A model generated the notes under the pieces. It had not been told where the DNA came from. It saw nothing but the letters and a program-made list of their open reading frames with translations, and did not search any database. Shown piece after piece: positions 50,157 to 58,933 of a stretch of DNA of 64,000 nucleotides; the stretch's first letter is position 1; every line of letters begins with the position of its first letter. This stretch comes from an uncultured beta proteobacterium (lineage in GTDB: Bacteria > Pseudomonadota > Gammaproteobacteria > Burkholderiales > Casimicrobiaceae), in contig CAWFKO010000002.1 of NCBI GenBank assembly GCA_963816445.1, forward strand, positions 384,790-448,789. Reading direction: 5' to 3'. The translations under genes and the position numbers were made by a program.

Positions 50157-51959
50157 ATGAATACGATGACCGATACTCCCAACCTCGCCGTTACCGGGAA
50201 ACACAGGATGACGCCCTCCGAGGCGTTCGTCGAAACGCTCGTCGCGCAAGGCGTCAAGGACGTGTTCGGTATCGTCGGCTCGGCGTACATGGACGCGCTC
50301 GATCTTTTTCCCCTGGCCGGCATCCGGTTCATTTCCGTTGCTCACGAGCAGGGCGGCGGCCACATGGCCGATGGCTATTCGCGTGTGTCGGGGCGGCAGG
50401 GTGTCTGCATCGCGCAGAACGGGCCCGGCATCACCAATTTCGTGACCTCGGTGGCCGCTGCGTACTGGGCGCACTCGCCAGTCGTGTGCATCACGCCGGA
50501 AACGGGCTCCGGAACGCTCGGTCTGGGCGGGTTCCAGGAGACCGAACAACTGCCGATCTTCTCGAAAATCACGAAATTCCAGGCGCACGTGAACAACCGG
50601 GCGAGGATGGCGGAATTGACCAGCCGCGCCTTCGACCGTGCGCTGCTCGAGCTGGGCCCGACGCAGCTCAACATTCCGCGCGACTACTTCTACGGCGACA
50701 TCGAGTGCGAGATTCCGCGCCCGATCGTTATCGAACGCGGCGCCGGGGGTGAGAAGAGCCTGGACCAGGCCGCCCTGCTATTGGCGAGCGCGAAGTTTCC
50801 GGTCGTGCTTGCCGGCGGCGGCATCGTGATGGCCAACGGCCAGGCCGACGCAGTGGAACTTGCGGAGTTGCTTCAGGCGCCGGTGGCGTGCAGTTATCTG
50901 CACAACGATGCGTTCCCGTCGAAGCATCCGCTATGGGTGGGCCCGCTCGGGTACCAGGGATCGAAGGCGGCGATGAAGCTTATCGCCAAGGCCGACGTCG
51001 TGCTGGCGCTTGGCACACGCCTCGGGCCCTTCGGCACGCTGCCGCAGCATGGCATCGACTACTGGCCGTCGCAGGCGAAGATCATCCAGGTCGACGCCGA
51101 CGCGAAGATGCTGGGTCTCGTCAAACCGATTTCCGTCGGGATCTGTGGCGATGCCCGCGCGGCGGCCCGTGCCCTGATCGCCCGCCTGCAAGGCAAGACG
51201 CTCGCGTGTCACGCCAACCAGACGCAGCGCCTGGCGGATGTGCGTAACGAGAAGGCGGCATGGGAAGCGGAGCTCGACGGGTGGCTGCACGAGAAGGACG
51301 CATGGTCGCTCGAGGTGTCGCGCACGTCATCGCACATGCATCCGCGGCAGATGTTGCGCGAGCTGGAACGCGCGATGCCGGCAGGGGCGATGGTTTCCAC
51401 GGATATCGGCAACATCTGCTCGGTGTCCAACAGCTATCTCCGCTTCGAGCGGCCGCGGTCGATGTTCGCCGCGATGAGCTTCGGCAACTGCGGCTATGCG
51501 TTCCCGACGATCATCGGTGCCAAGGTCGCGGCACCTGACCGCCCCGCGATCGCCTACGTGGGCGATGGCGCGTGGGGAATGAGCTTCGGCGAGCTGCAGA
51601 CCTGTGTGCGCGAGAACATTCCGGTGACGGCGGTCGTCTTCAACAACGGCCAGTGGGGCGCGGAGAAGAAGAACCACGTCGATTTCTACGATAACCGTTT
51701 CGTCGGTGTCAATCTCGACAGCCAGCCGTCGTGGGCCGCAGTGGCGCGGGCCATGGGCGCCAAAGGTCACACTGTGGAGAAGACCGGCGACGTCGGTGCG
51801 GCATTGCTCGCGGCTTGCGATGCGCAGAAGCAGGGCAAGACCACGGTCCTGGAAATGATGGTGACGCGGGAACTCGGAGATCCGTTCAGACGCGATGCGC
51901 TTGCACTGCCGACCCGGTATCTGGAGAAGTATCGATCGACTGCCGCGAAGCGTGGGTAG
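50157..51959 (+). CDS. xsc: Thiamine-diphosphate enzyme, probable sulfoacetaldehyde acetyltransferase
   Basis: The 600-aa protein has ThDP-enzyme architecture (N-terminal Pyr domain MTPSEAFVETLVAQGVKDVFGIVGSAYMD, ThDP motif GDGAWGMSFGELQT...NNGQWGAEK). The C-terminus ELGDPFRRDAL and the block PLGYQGSKAAMKLIAKADVVLALGTRLGPFGTLPQHGIDYWP match my memory of Xsc. It is divergent from the tauA relic. Confidence 0.7.
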   Translation: MNTMTDTPNLAVTGKHRMTPSEAFVETLVAQGVKDVFGIVGSAYMDALDLFPLAGIRFISVAHEQGGGHMADGYSRVSGRQGVCIAQNGPGITNFVTSVAAAYWAHSPVVCITPETGSGTLGLGGFQETEQLPIFSKITKFQAHVNNRARMAELTSRAFDRALLELGPTQLNIPRDYFYGDIECEIPRPIVIERGAGGEKSLDQAALLLASAKFPVVLAGGGIVMANGQADAVELAELLQAPVACSYLHNDAFPSKHPLWVGPLGYQGSKAAMKLIAKADVVLALGTRLGPFGTLPQHGIDYWPSQAKIIQVDADAKMLGLVKPISVGICGDARAAARALIARLQGKTLACHANQTQRLADVRNEKAAWEAELDGWLHEKDAWSLEVSRTSSHMHPRQMLRELERAMPAGAMVSTDIGNICSVSNSYLRFERPRSMFAAMSFGNCGYAFPTIIGAKVAAPDRPAIAYVGDGAWGMSFGELQTCVRENIPVTAVVFNNGQWGAEKKNHVDFYDNRFVGVNLDSQPSWAAVARAMGAKGHTVEKTGDVGAALLAACDAQKQGKTTVLEMMVTRELGDPFRRDALALPTRYLEKYRSTAAKRG

Positions 51960-52019
51960 TCCAGTCCACGGGCGACGGATGCCCATCGAGATGGAGCGCG
52001 GCGACGGTCGGCGGAGGCC

Positions 52020-52103
52020 GTGCTGTCGGCGGCGCTGGGACGGACCCAGCAACGTCGCGCCGCCCGGGTTGGCGCGGCGGTACAAGGAGACTGACGATGA
52101 CCG
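52020..52103 (+). repeat. 84-bp direct repeat, copy 2 (relic of a transporter-gene 3' end fused to the start of the aldo/keto reductase gene)
   Basis: See 42913-42996. In the equivalent frame it reads ...AVLSAALGRTQQRRAARVGAAVQGD*, then ATGACCGG. Confidence 0.85.
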
Positions 52104-52993
52104 GCATCACTCGCCGCGACTTCAACGCGCTCGCGGCCGCATCATTGCTCGCGCCGCGTGCTTTTGCCCAAACCGGCGACGGGCCGCCCAATACACGCGC
52201 GATCCCGAGCACGGGCGAGCGCGTGCCGACCGTTGGCCTCGGCACTGCCAGTGTGTTCGATAGCGACGACGAGTCGACACGGCGCGCCGCGGCGCAGGTG
52301 ATCCGGACACTGGTCGATGCCGGCGGCCGCCTCATCGACACGGCGTCGTCCTATGGCGATGCCGAGAGTGTGCTCGGCAATGTCATCGCCGCCGCCGGCT
52401 CACGCGACAAGATCTTCATCGCCACCAAGGTCGAGGAGCCCAGCGACGCCGAGCTCAAGCGCTCACTTATGCGGCTCAAGGTGGCGAAGGTCGACCTGTT
52501 GCAACTCCACAACGTGAGCGATCCACGGCAATCATTGGCACAGTTCAGGGCGTGGAAGGCGCAGGGTCTTTGCCGCTACACCGGCATTACCTCCACCTAT
52601 CACCACGCATTCGCCGCGGTCGAGGCGGTGCTTGAGCACGAGAAGCCGGATTTCGTGCAGATCGATTATTCACTCGACGACCGCGAAGCAGAAAAGCGCA
52701 TCCTGCCGCTGGCGGCCGAGGTCAAGGCCGGCGTGCTGACCGCCCTGCCATTTGGTCGGGGTCGTCTGTTCCGCGCGGTGCGTGGAAAGGAACTTCCCGA
52801 TTGGGCGAAGGATTTCGCCGGCAGCTGGGCGCAGTTCTTCCTCAAATACCTGCTCGCCGACGAACGCGTCACGACGGTCATTCCGGGCACCTCGAACCCG
52901 GCGCACATGGCGGACAATCTTGGCGCGATGCGCGGCCGCCTGCCCGATCCGGACCAGCGCAAGCGGATGGTGAGCTTCATCAACAGCCTTTAG
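52097..52993 (+). CDS. Aldo/keto reductase with a twin-arginine signal peptide
   Basis: AAGGAGA lies 6 nt upstream. The N-terminus is MTGITRRDFNALAAASLLAPRAFAQ. AKR motifs follow (LIDTASSYGDAESVLG, KVDLLQLHN, VIPGTSNPAHMADN). Confidence 0.85.
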   Translation: MTGITRRDFNALAAASLLAPRAFAQTGDGPPNTRAIPSTGERVPTVGLGTASVFDSDDESTRRAAAQVIRTLVDAGGRLIDTASSYGDAESVLGNVIAAAGSRDKIFIATKVEEPSDAELKRSLMRLKVAKVDLLQLHNVSDPRQSLAQFRAWKAQGLCRYTGITSTYHHAFAAVEAVLEHEKPDFVQIDYSLDDREAEKRILPLAAEVKAGVLTALPFGRGRLFRAVRGKELPDWAKDFAGSWAQFFLKYLLADERVTTVIPGTSNPAHMADNLGAMRGRLPDPDQRKRMVSFINSL

Positions 52994-53018
52994 CATACTC
53001 AGCAAGCAGGAGGCAACA

Positions 53019-54173
53019 ATGCCATTGACTCGCAGAGATTGGATCAACGCCGCCATTCTTGCAGCCTCAGGCGTAGCAATGCGAGGAAGGTTCGCGCTCG
53101 CTGCTGATGTGCCGAATCGCCCGGCGAAGCCGTTGCGTATTTTAATACTGGGTGGCACGGGTTTCACGGGACCGCATCAAGTACGTTACGCACTAGAACG
53201 CGGGCACAAGGTGACGTTGTTCAATCGAGGTCGAGAACCCAAGAGCTGGCCCGGCCAGGTCGAGGAATTGATCGGTGATCGAAACACAGGCGATTTGAAG
53301 GCGCTGGAGGGCCGCGAATGGGATGTGTGTATCGACAATCCCACGACACTCCCATTCTGGGTACGGGACGCCGGCCACGTCTTGCATGGCAAAGTCCAAC
53401 AGTACGTTTTCATTTCCACGGTTTCGGTATACGCCGAGAACGACAAACCAGCCGACGAGTCCGCCCCTGTCGCGAGATACACGGGTAACGACGCGATGGC
53501 CGAGACCTTGGAATCGTTTCGTGCGAAGGTCGGCGAACTTTATGGACCTCTGAAAGCGGTTAGTGAACAGGAGGCAAAAAAGCAGTTTCCGGGGATGGTC
53601 ACGATTATCCGACCGGGCCTTATCGTAGGACCGGGCGACGAGACCGACCGCTTCACGTACTGGCCTGTCCGCCTCTCGCGTGGGGGCGAAGTTCTGGCGC
53701 CTGGCGACGGGACCGATCCCGTGCAGTTTATCGATGCTCGCGACCTGGCCGAGTGGACAATCCGCATGACTGAATCGCGTGCGTTCGGAACGTTCAATGC
53801 GACGGGGCCAGAACATCCCACCCAGATGCGCGAAATGCTGACGACTATTGCGGCGGCAATCCATTCTGATGCGCGAATCACCTGGGTGGGCAGCGCCTTC
53901 CTGGAGGCGCACAAGGTTGAGCCGTGGAGTGACATACCGGTATGGGTACCCGGCAATGGTGACAGCGCAGGGTTCGCAAAGCGCAGCATTCGCAACGCCG
54001 TCGCTGCTGGATTGACGTTTCGCCCCCTCGCGGTCACCGCCGCGGACACGCTCGATTGGTTTCGGCAACTGCCAGCGAATCGACAAGCAAAGTTAAAGGC
54101 CGGAATGTCGGCCACACGAGAGGACGAGTTGTTATCAGCATGGAAGTCGACTTCGCACGTAGGGCTGAGATAG
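53019..54173 (+). CDS. NAD-dependent epimerase/dehydratase family (extended SDR) protein with a twin-arginine signal peptide
   Basis: The N-terminus is MPLTRRDWINAAILAASGVAMRGRFALAA. It is followed by the Rossmann motif ILILGGTGFTGPH. The segment is less GC-rich than the genes to its left. Confidence 0.75.
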   Translation: MPLTRRDWINAAILAASGVAMRGRFALAADVPNRPAKPLRILILGGTGFTGPHQVRYALERGHKVTLFNRGREPKSWPGQVEELIGDRNTGDLKALEGREWDVCIDNPTTLPFWVRDAGHVLHGKVQQYVFISTVSVYAENDKPADESAPVARYTGNDAMAETLESFRAKVGELYGPLKAVSEQEAKKQFPGMVTIIRPGLIVGPGDETDRFTYWPVRLSRGGEVLAPGDGTDPVQFIDARDLAEWTIRMTESRAFGTFNATGPEHPTQMREMLTTIAAAIHSDARITWVGSAFLEAHKVEPWSDIPVWVPGNGDSAGFAKRSIRNAVAAGLTFRPLAVTAADTLDWFRQLPANRQAKLKAGMSATREDELLSAWKSTSHVGLR

Positions 54174-54322
54174 AAGTAGATAGCCCGGTACTCGCGCGAC
54201 CGGGCACATGTCGGCCCTGGCGGTATGGGCGACCTACAACGCGTATGCAGCAACGACATTCGTCATCGGATCGTTGGCCGTGTTGCGGCTCAACGAGCGC
54301 ACGGCGGGTTCTTTGCGTAAGG

Positions 54323-55099
54323 CTACTGCGCCCGCGTAATCCCGCCGATGAAGCCGGACCACTGGCAGAACTGATTCTGGCCGGTCGCTCGCGCCGTGAA
54401 GCCACTGATCGTCGGCGTCATTTCGACCCAGGTGAACGTGCCTTGCGTGCCGTCTGAACACGTGTAGTTTCCTTGCACGCTGCCCAACTTCCCTGTCTGG
54501 CTGTAAGCGCCGGTGTAGGTACAGCTCGCAGCCGTTGCAACGGTCGAGATCGTCATCGCCGTACCGACCTGGCTGATGCTCAGTAGCTCCGCGACCTCGG
54601 ATATGCCGTTGCCCGATGCGGGATTGCACGACGAGTAGCGCAGTGAATAGCCACCGACGTAACTCCCCGTAAAGTTTTCATTTGTCCAAGTCTGCCGCAC
54701 GAGATTCTTTACGACCACGACACCATCAACGCTGTAAGTTAGTGTCGCAGCATCGAGAGCCGTGACATTGAACGTCGCAGTCCCCGCCTGGCGGATCGTC
54801 GTAGGGGGCGTGAACGGGCCGCCAAAGTACGGCCCTTTGGTTGCATACAGTGCGCCTGTCCAAACGGAGCTGCCGGATGTCGCACTTAGCTGCGCGGTAT
54901 ACCAGACCGGATTTTGGTTCTGGTCATAAATGAAAAACGTCATGAACACGACGTTGTTCTGCAGGATCACGTTGACGCCCCAGCCCGACTCGGCGGGGTT
55001 CCACCACATATCGGTGATCTCACTCGAGAAGCTCGAGGCTCGAGCCGTTAACGAAGCGGCGAACATAGCCGCGATGACAAGGCGAATGCATGCACGCAT
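54323..55099 (-). CDS. Hypothetical secreted protein
   Basis: GGGAGGA lies upstream of ATG 55099. The signal peptide is MRACIRLVIAAMFAASLTARA. The mature part is beta-rich and Thr/Gly/Ser-rich (DMWWNPAESGWGVNV...). I recognise no family. Confidence 0.55.
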   Translation of the reverse strand: MRACIRLVIAAMFAASLTARASSFSSEITDMWWNPAESGWGVNVILQNNVVFMTFFIYDQNQNPVWYTAQLSATSGSSVWTGALYATKGPYFGGPFTPPTTIRQAGTATFNVTALDAATLTYSVDGVVVVKNLVRQTWTNENFTGSYVGGYSLRYSSCNPASGNGISEVAELLSISQVGTAMTISTVATAASCTYTGAYSQTGKLGSVQGNYTCSDGTQGTFTWVEMTPTISGFTARATGQNQFCQWSGFIGGITRAQ

Positions 55100-55270
55100 A
55101 CGTCCTCCCGTTGGGTGGTGGTGGGTCAATATGTAACCTGTCCCGACGTCGGGCGACTGGCGAGGCGAGAGCCTGGGCCCGGGGGCGCCGCCGACGCCTG
55201 AGGAAGTCAGCATCGGCTGCGTCCGCTCAGTCTACTAGGAGCTTCCGTCTGGGCCAAGGGTTCGGTGGCA

Positions 55271-55660
55271 TCAATAAGCGCGTCGACCCGCGATACGTGC
55301 GAACAGGTAACCGACGACGAGCGCGCCGGCGACTGTAGCGATCGGACGCCCGCGGATCGAGGCGCGCGCCGCCTCCGTGAGCTTGGTTTGTACCTGACTC
55401 GCCTGCTCGGGAATGGTTGACGCCCAATCCGCTGCGGTCCCGGCAACATCAGCAGCGCTGTTCACTGCGCGATGCGCAGACCCGCTTAGGCGGTCGACCT
55501 GCGCGGTCGCTTTGTCTGCGACTTTATCTACGGCTTGATGGGCGGTTTGCGCAATGTCTTCGACTTTGGCGTTGGTCGCGGGGTTAGACATGGGAGACAT
55601 GGGGTTGGGATTGGCATTGCCCGACGGGAGGTGGGCGCCGCTTGTGGTCAATCGATCCAT
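55271..55660 (-). CDS. DUF883 (ElaB/YqjD/YgaM-like) membrane-anchored stress protein
   Basis: The central region is alanine-rich and coiled-coil-like (AHQAVDKVADKATAQVDRLSGSAHRAV). The C-terminal anchor is PIATVAGALVVGYLFARI. GAGAGGA lies upstream of ATG 55660. Confidence 0.7.
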   Translation of the reverse strand: MDRLTTSGAHLPSGNANPNPMSPMSNPATNAKVEDIAQTAHQAVDKVADKATAQVDRLSGSAHRAVNSAADVAGTAADWASTIPEQASQVQTKLTEAARASIRGRPIATVAGALVVGYLFARIAGRRAY

Positions 55661-56486
55661 GGGGGTCCTCTCAAAGAAGTTGGATCCGACGAAATGCTGA
55701 ATCTGAAAGCGCGAGGGCCGTCAGACCAACAGTGTCCGAGGCCGCGGTCTGGCGCGCAATCAGACACAGTCTGATTCGAACGTAGGACGCTGACATGCGG
55801 TAGTGAACAGGTCCGTACCGCTGCATCGAATCCCGTAGAAAGTTCGTCGCCCCCGCTATCCACCGCGCTGCTGCGCGAGCATGCGATCTTAAATGCGATT
55901 CGACTCTTTTTCCGCGCGTCGGTTCGAGCTTGTCGTTTCAATGCTTGGCAGTCGCCTGGGTCTTCGCCTGCGCCGTCGAGGCTTTGACGCGCCGTGTCAT
56001 CTACTGACGATTTTGCGATTTTGATCCGTGCCTTTAGCTGGCGCCTTGCGCTCCGCTGCGCTTACTTTTAAGACTGCGCCGCAGTGCCCGGACGGCAGGC
56101 ATGCCGCTTGCTATACCCTGGACGAAATTGTCAGCGACAGAACGTATCAATCGTGCAACACATCGGTGGAACTACGCGTACTGCACAAGTGTAACGCGCG
56201 GGAGTTCTCACTCAGTCAAGGGAGAGGAAACGAGTTATGGGCCCCGATCTGGTTTTGCTACTTAACGTGACGATGTGCAAGCTGCTCGGCCTGGGGGTAG
56301 GCGCCGGCATGGTCCTCAGCGCAGCGAAATGGCTCGCGTCGAGATGGTAATATCCGGCACTAATCTGGAGTCAACCGCGCGACCCAATCCGCTGCAGCGG
56401 CCGTAACGCGCGTCGGGCCATTACTCGTCATCGCCGCCGCGCTCGGCTGTCGTCTTGCCTGGTCGGAGGGTCCGTAGTGCATTCAA

Positions 56487-56758
56487 CTAGGGCCTGTTAA
56501 CGCTATATACCTGCACGCGGCGCGGGAGCGCCGGGTGCAGGGCGAGGCGCAGGCGACGCCGTTTGGCAGCGCCAAATAAGGAGCCAGCAACGACGCCATG
56601 CGCCCGGCGCTCCCGCGCCCCGAAGGGTGATCCTTCAGAAAGCCCGCAGCCCGCGTTGCCGCTCGTTGCGAGGCGCCCAGCCTCGCTTCCTCGCCGCGCC
56701 TTGCCTGCGGGCTTTCTGAAGGTCACGCGTACAGGCATATAGCGTTAACAGGCCCTAG
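56487..56758. mobile_element. Non-autonomous MITE-like element (272 bp) with perfect 22-bp terminal inverted repeats
   Basis: CTAGGGCCTGTTAACGCTATAT (56487-56508) is the exact reverse complement of ATATAGCGTTAACAGGCCCTAG (56737-56758). The repeats extend imperfectly inward to ~34 bp. An internal long hairpin is possible (CCTTCAGAAAGCCCGCAG / CTGCGGGCTTTCTGAAGG). There is no ORF. Confidence 0.8.
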
Positions 56759-57213
56759 TACGGAAGCCAGACGAGGTTGTCGCATGAGTGCACTCGCGTC
56801 TGCAGGTCGCTCCCGACGCAAGCCCAAAGCTTCGAAGTGCAGCTGTCCGGCGTATCGTCCTGCTTGCACACCGAATTGACGCAACGGTCGGTCTGTGCAG
56901 CCAGCTGCTCGGAGTCAACGTCAGCCCGCTTCGTCGCAGCCTGCAGGCCAGCAGCATCAAGGGATGCCGAGCGGGACGTCAGGTAGCTCTGAAGGCGATT
57001 GACGCGATCGCGCGCGTCGCCGATGGCCTTGTTCACGGCTTCCGTGCGACCCATTAGCGGGATGGCCGCGATCTGCCGTTGTATGATGCGCAGGCAATAT
57101 GCGGCGCTGACGTCGGTATCCGTAGGCGGGGCGAGTTGCTGGGCTGGTGCTCGACCGAATACTGCCAGGAGCAGGAGCGGTGCGAAGACGATCTGACGTC
57201 TGGCCTTGTTCAT
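56755..57213 (-). CDS. Hypothetical secreted Cys-containing protein
   Basis: The signal peptide is MNKARRQIVFAPLLLLAVFGRAPAQQ. It has six Cys residues. The stop codon TAG (56755-56757) lies inside the MITE terminal repeat. Confidence 0.5.
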   Translation of the reverse strand: MNKARRQIVFAPLLLLAVFGRAPAQQLAPPTDTDVSAAYCLRIIQRQIAAIPLMGRTEAVNKAIGDARDRVNRLQSYLTSRSASLDAAGLQAATKRADVDSEQLAAQTDRCVNSVCKQDDTPDSCTSKLWACVGSDLQTRVHSCDNLVWLPY

Positions 57214-57613
57214 TCGGCACCGCTCCCAGCTCGCGTTCCAGGTTGCGACGCAGGGATGCGGCGCAGGATGTTCGCCATGCGGCGATTGTCGTTCAGATTG
57301 TCGTTCAGTTGGCGGTTGCGCGCCAGTGCCGCGGTCGCGACTCTCACAATTTGATACAGCCGCAATCCTGCTAGGACCGCGCAAACGCGATGCGTTGATC
57401 GGGCGTCGGACAGTCGCCCGGGTTCAAAGGCATTGGGCTCAAGTCGCATGTCCAGTATGAAGCGCAGCTGTGTATACCTTGCCGATTGCTGAACATTGCG
57501 TACAGCTCTTTCGACGCGAAACCCGATGACTGGGTCAATGGCCGGCTAATCGCAAGCCAATATTCAGGTGTCGTGTCTTGACCCACCATGGGCAAGGGGC
57601 GTAGCGTCGTCCC

Positions 57614-58618
57614 GTGCGTGACTCAGCGAGAACGCTACGAAGGCATGTACTGGCGCTCCTCGCCGGTGCACTCGCGGCACCGCTTGCCTCGTTCGCTCAA
57701 CAGCCACCCAAGATCGCTCGAATCGGTTTCTTGCACCCTGCGTCTCCCGGAGGTGTCTGGGATATCCGCCTGCAAGCATTTCGAGACGGGCTACGCGAAT
57801 TCGGCTACGTGGAGGGGAAGAACTATCAGCTCGAGATTCGTTGGGCCGAAGGCAGGCTCGAGCGGCTGCCTTCCCTCGCCGCGGAGCTGGTTGCGCTAAA
57901 CGTGGATGTCATCGTCGCTGCGACGTCGCCAGCGGTCGCGGCCGCCCGCCAGGCGACGCGGAGGATCCCTATCGTAATGCCCCTGAGCTCCGATCCGGTC
58001 GGGGACGGGCTGGTCGAAAGCCTTGCACACCCGGGAGGGAATATCACCGGCCTGTCCGTCATGGCTCCAGAGCTGGGCGAAAAACGACTTCAGTTGCTCC
58101 GTGAGATGTTTCCTGGTGCTTCGCATGCCGTCGCGGTTCTGTGGAACCCCGCCTACGTCGGTATGCGCGCGCGGTTCGAGCAAGCGAAGTCAGCAGCGCC
58201 CACGATAGGCGTAACCGTCGAATCAGTCGAGGTGCGAAACACGGGCGACCTGACTACGGCATTCGAATCTATCGTCCACGAGCATCCTGATGCGCTGCTA
58301 CTGCTCGTCGATCCGTTTACCCTCAGTCAGCGCACGCGAATAGTTGAGTTCGCTGCCAAGGAGCGACTGCCGGCGATATACGAAGCCAGGGATTTTGTGG
58401 ATGCGGGTGGACTGATGTCCTACGGGCCTCTCACCATTGATCTGTTTCGGCGGACGGCCACCTATGTCGACAAGATTCTCCGGGGCGCGAAACCCGGTGA
58501 CTTGCCGATCGAGCAACCGACCAAGTTCGAGCTTGTGGTCAATCTCAAGACTGCGAAGGCGCTGGGTATCGCTGTGCCACAGTCGCTGCTGCTGCGCGCG
58601 GACGAGGTGATCGAGTAG
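57614..58618 (+). CDS. ABC transporter substrate-binding protein, PF04392 (ABC_sub_bind) family, orphan
   Basis: IARIGFLHPASP...FRDGLREFGYVEGKNYQLEIRWAEGRLERLPSLAAELVALNVDVIVA...GGNITGLS...LVVNLKTAKALGIAVPQSLLLRADEVIE is family-typical. A GTG start is assumed at 57614. Confidence 0.8.
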   Translation: MRDSARTLRRHVLALLAGALAAPLASFAQQPPKIARIGFLHPASPGGVWDIRLQAFRDGLREFGYVEGKNYQLEIRWAEGRLERLPSLAAELVALNVDVIVAATSPAVAAARQATRRIPIVMPLSSDPVGDGLVESLAHPGGNITGLSVMAPELGEKRLQLLREMFPGASHAVAVLWNPAYVGMRARFEQAKSAAPTIGVTVESVEVRNTGDLTTAFESIVHEHPDALLLLVDPFTLSQRTRIVEFAAKERLPAIYEARDFVDAGGLMSYGPLTIDLFRRTATYVDKILRGAKPGDLPIEQPTKFELVVNLKTAKALGIAVPQSLLLRADEVIE

Positions 58619-58638
58619 CGGGAATCCCGCCGATGCCG

Positions 58639-58830
58639 CTACGCCCGATCTCGCGGGCCCAGGAAAAACCACAGTATCAGCCCAATGAGCGGGAGCAGCA
58701 CGACGATAACGACCCACAGCAGTTTTTTGCCATTGTCAGCCGAGCTTTGGAGAATATTGATAAGTGCCCAGATGTCGCCGATCAGAACCAGCACGCCAAG
58801 GATGCCACCGCCGTATCCGAAGTTCATCAT
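58639..58830 (-). CDS. PLD nuclease N-terminal domain (PLDc_N) small membrane protein
   Basis: The 63-aa protein has two TM helices with the typical GDIWALINIL...KLLWVVIVVLLPLIGLILWFFLG. Confidence 0.7.
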   Translation of the reverse strand: MMNFGYGGGILGVLVLIGDIWALINILQSSADNGKKLLWVVIVVLLPLIGLILWFFLGPRDRA

Positions 58831-58933
58831 CTCCAGTTCCCTTGTTTTTACCCCGCGTTGCTTCCTTCGCCACCCGGCGTGTGCTCCTGTGACGCGGGTT
58901 CGACCACAGATATGCTGATTCTACGCTCACGCG

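Noticed and set aside
56028-56270. An 80-aa plus-strand ORF, and the 55648..55941 minus-strand ORF, in the 55.7-56.3 kb gap
   Set aside because: They have no ribosome-binding site and no recognisable motif, and their composition does not look coding. The interval is more likely non-coding island DNA. The only candidate I kept is the 37-codon ORF at 56237.
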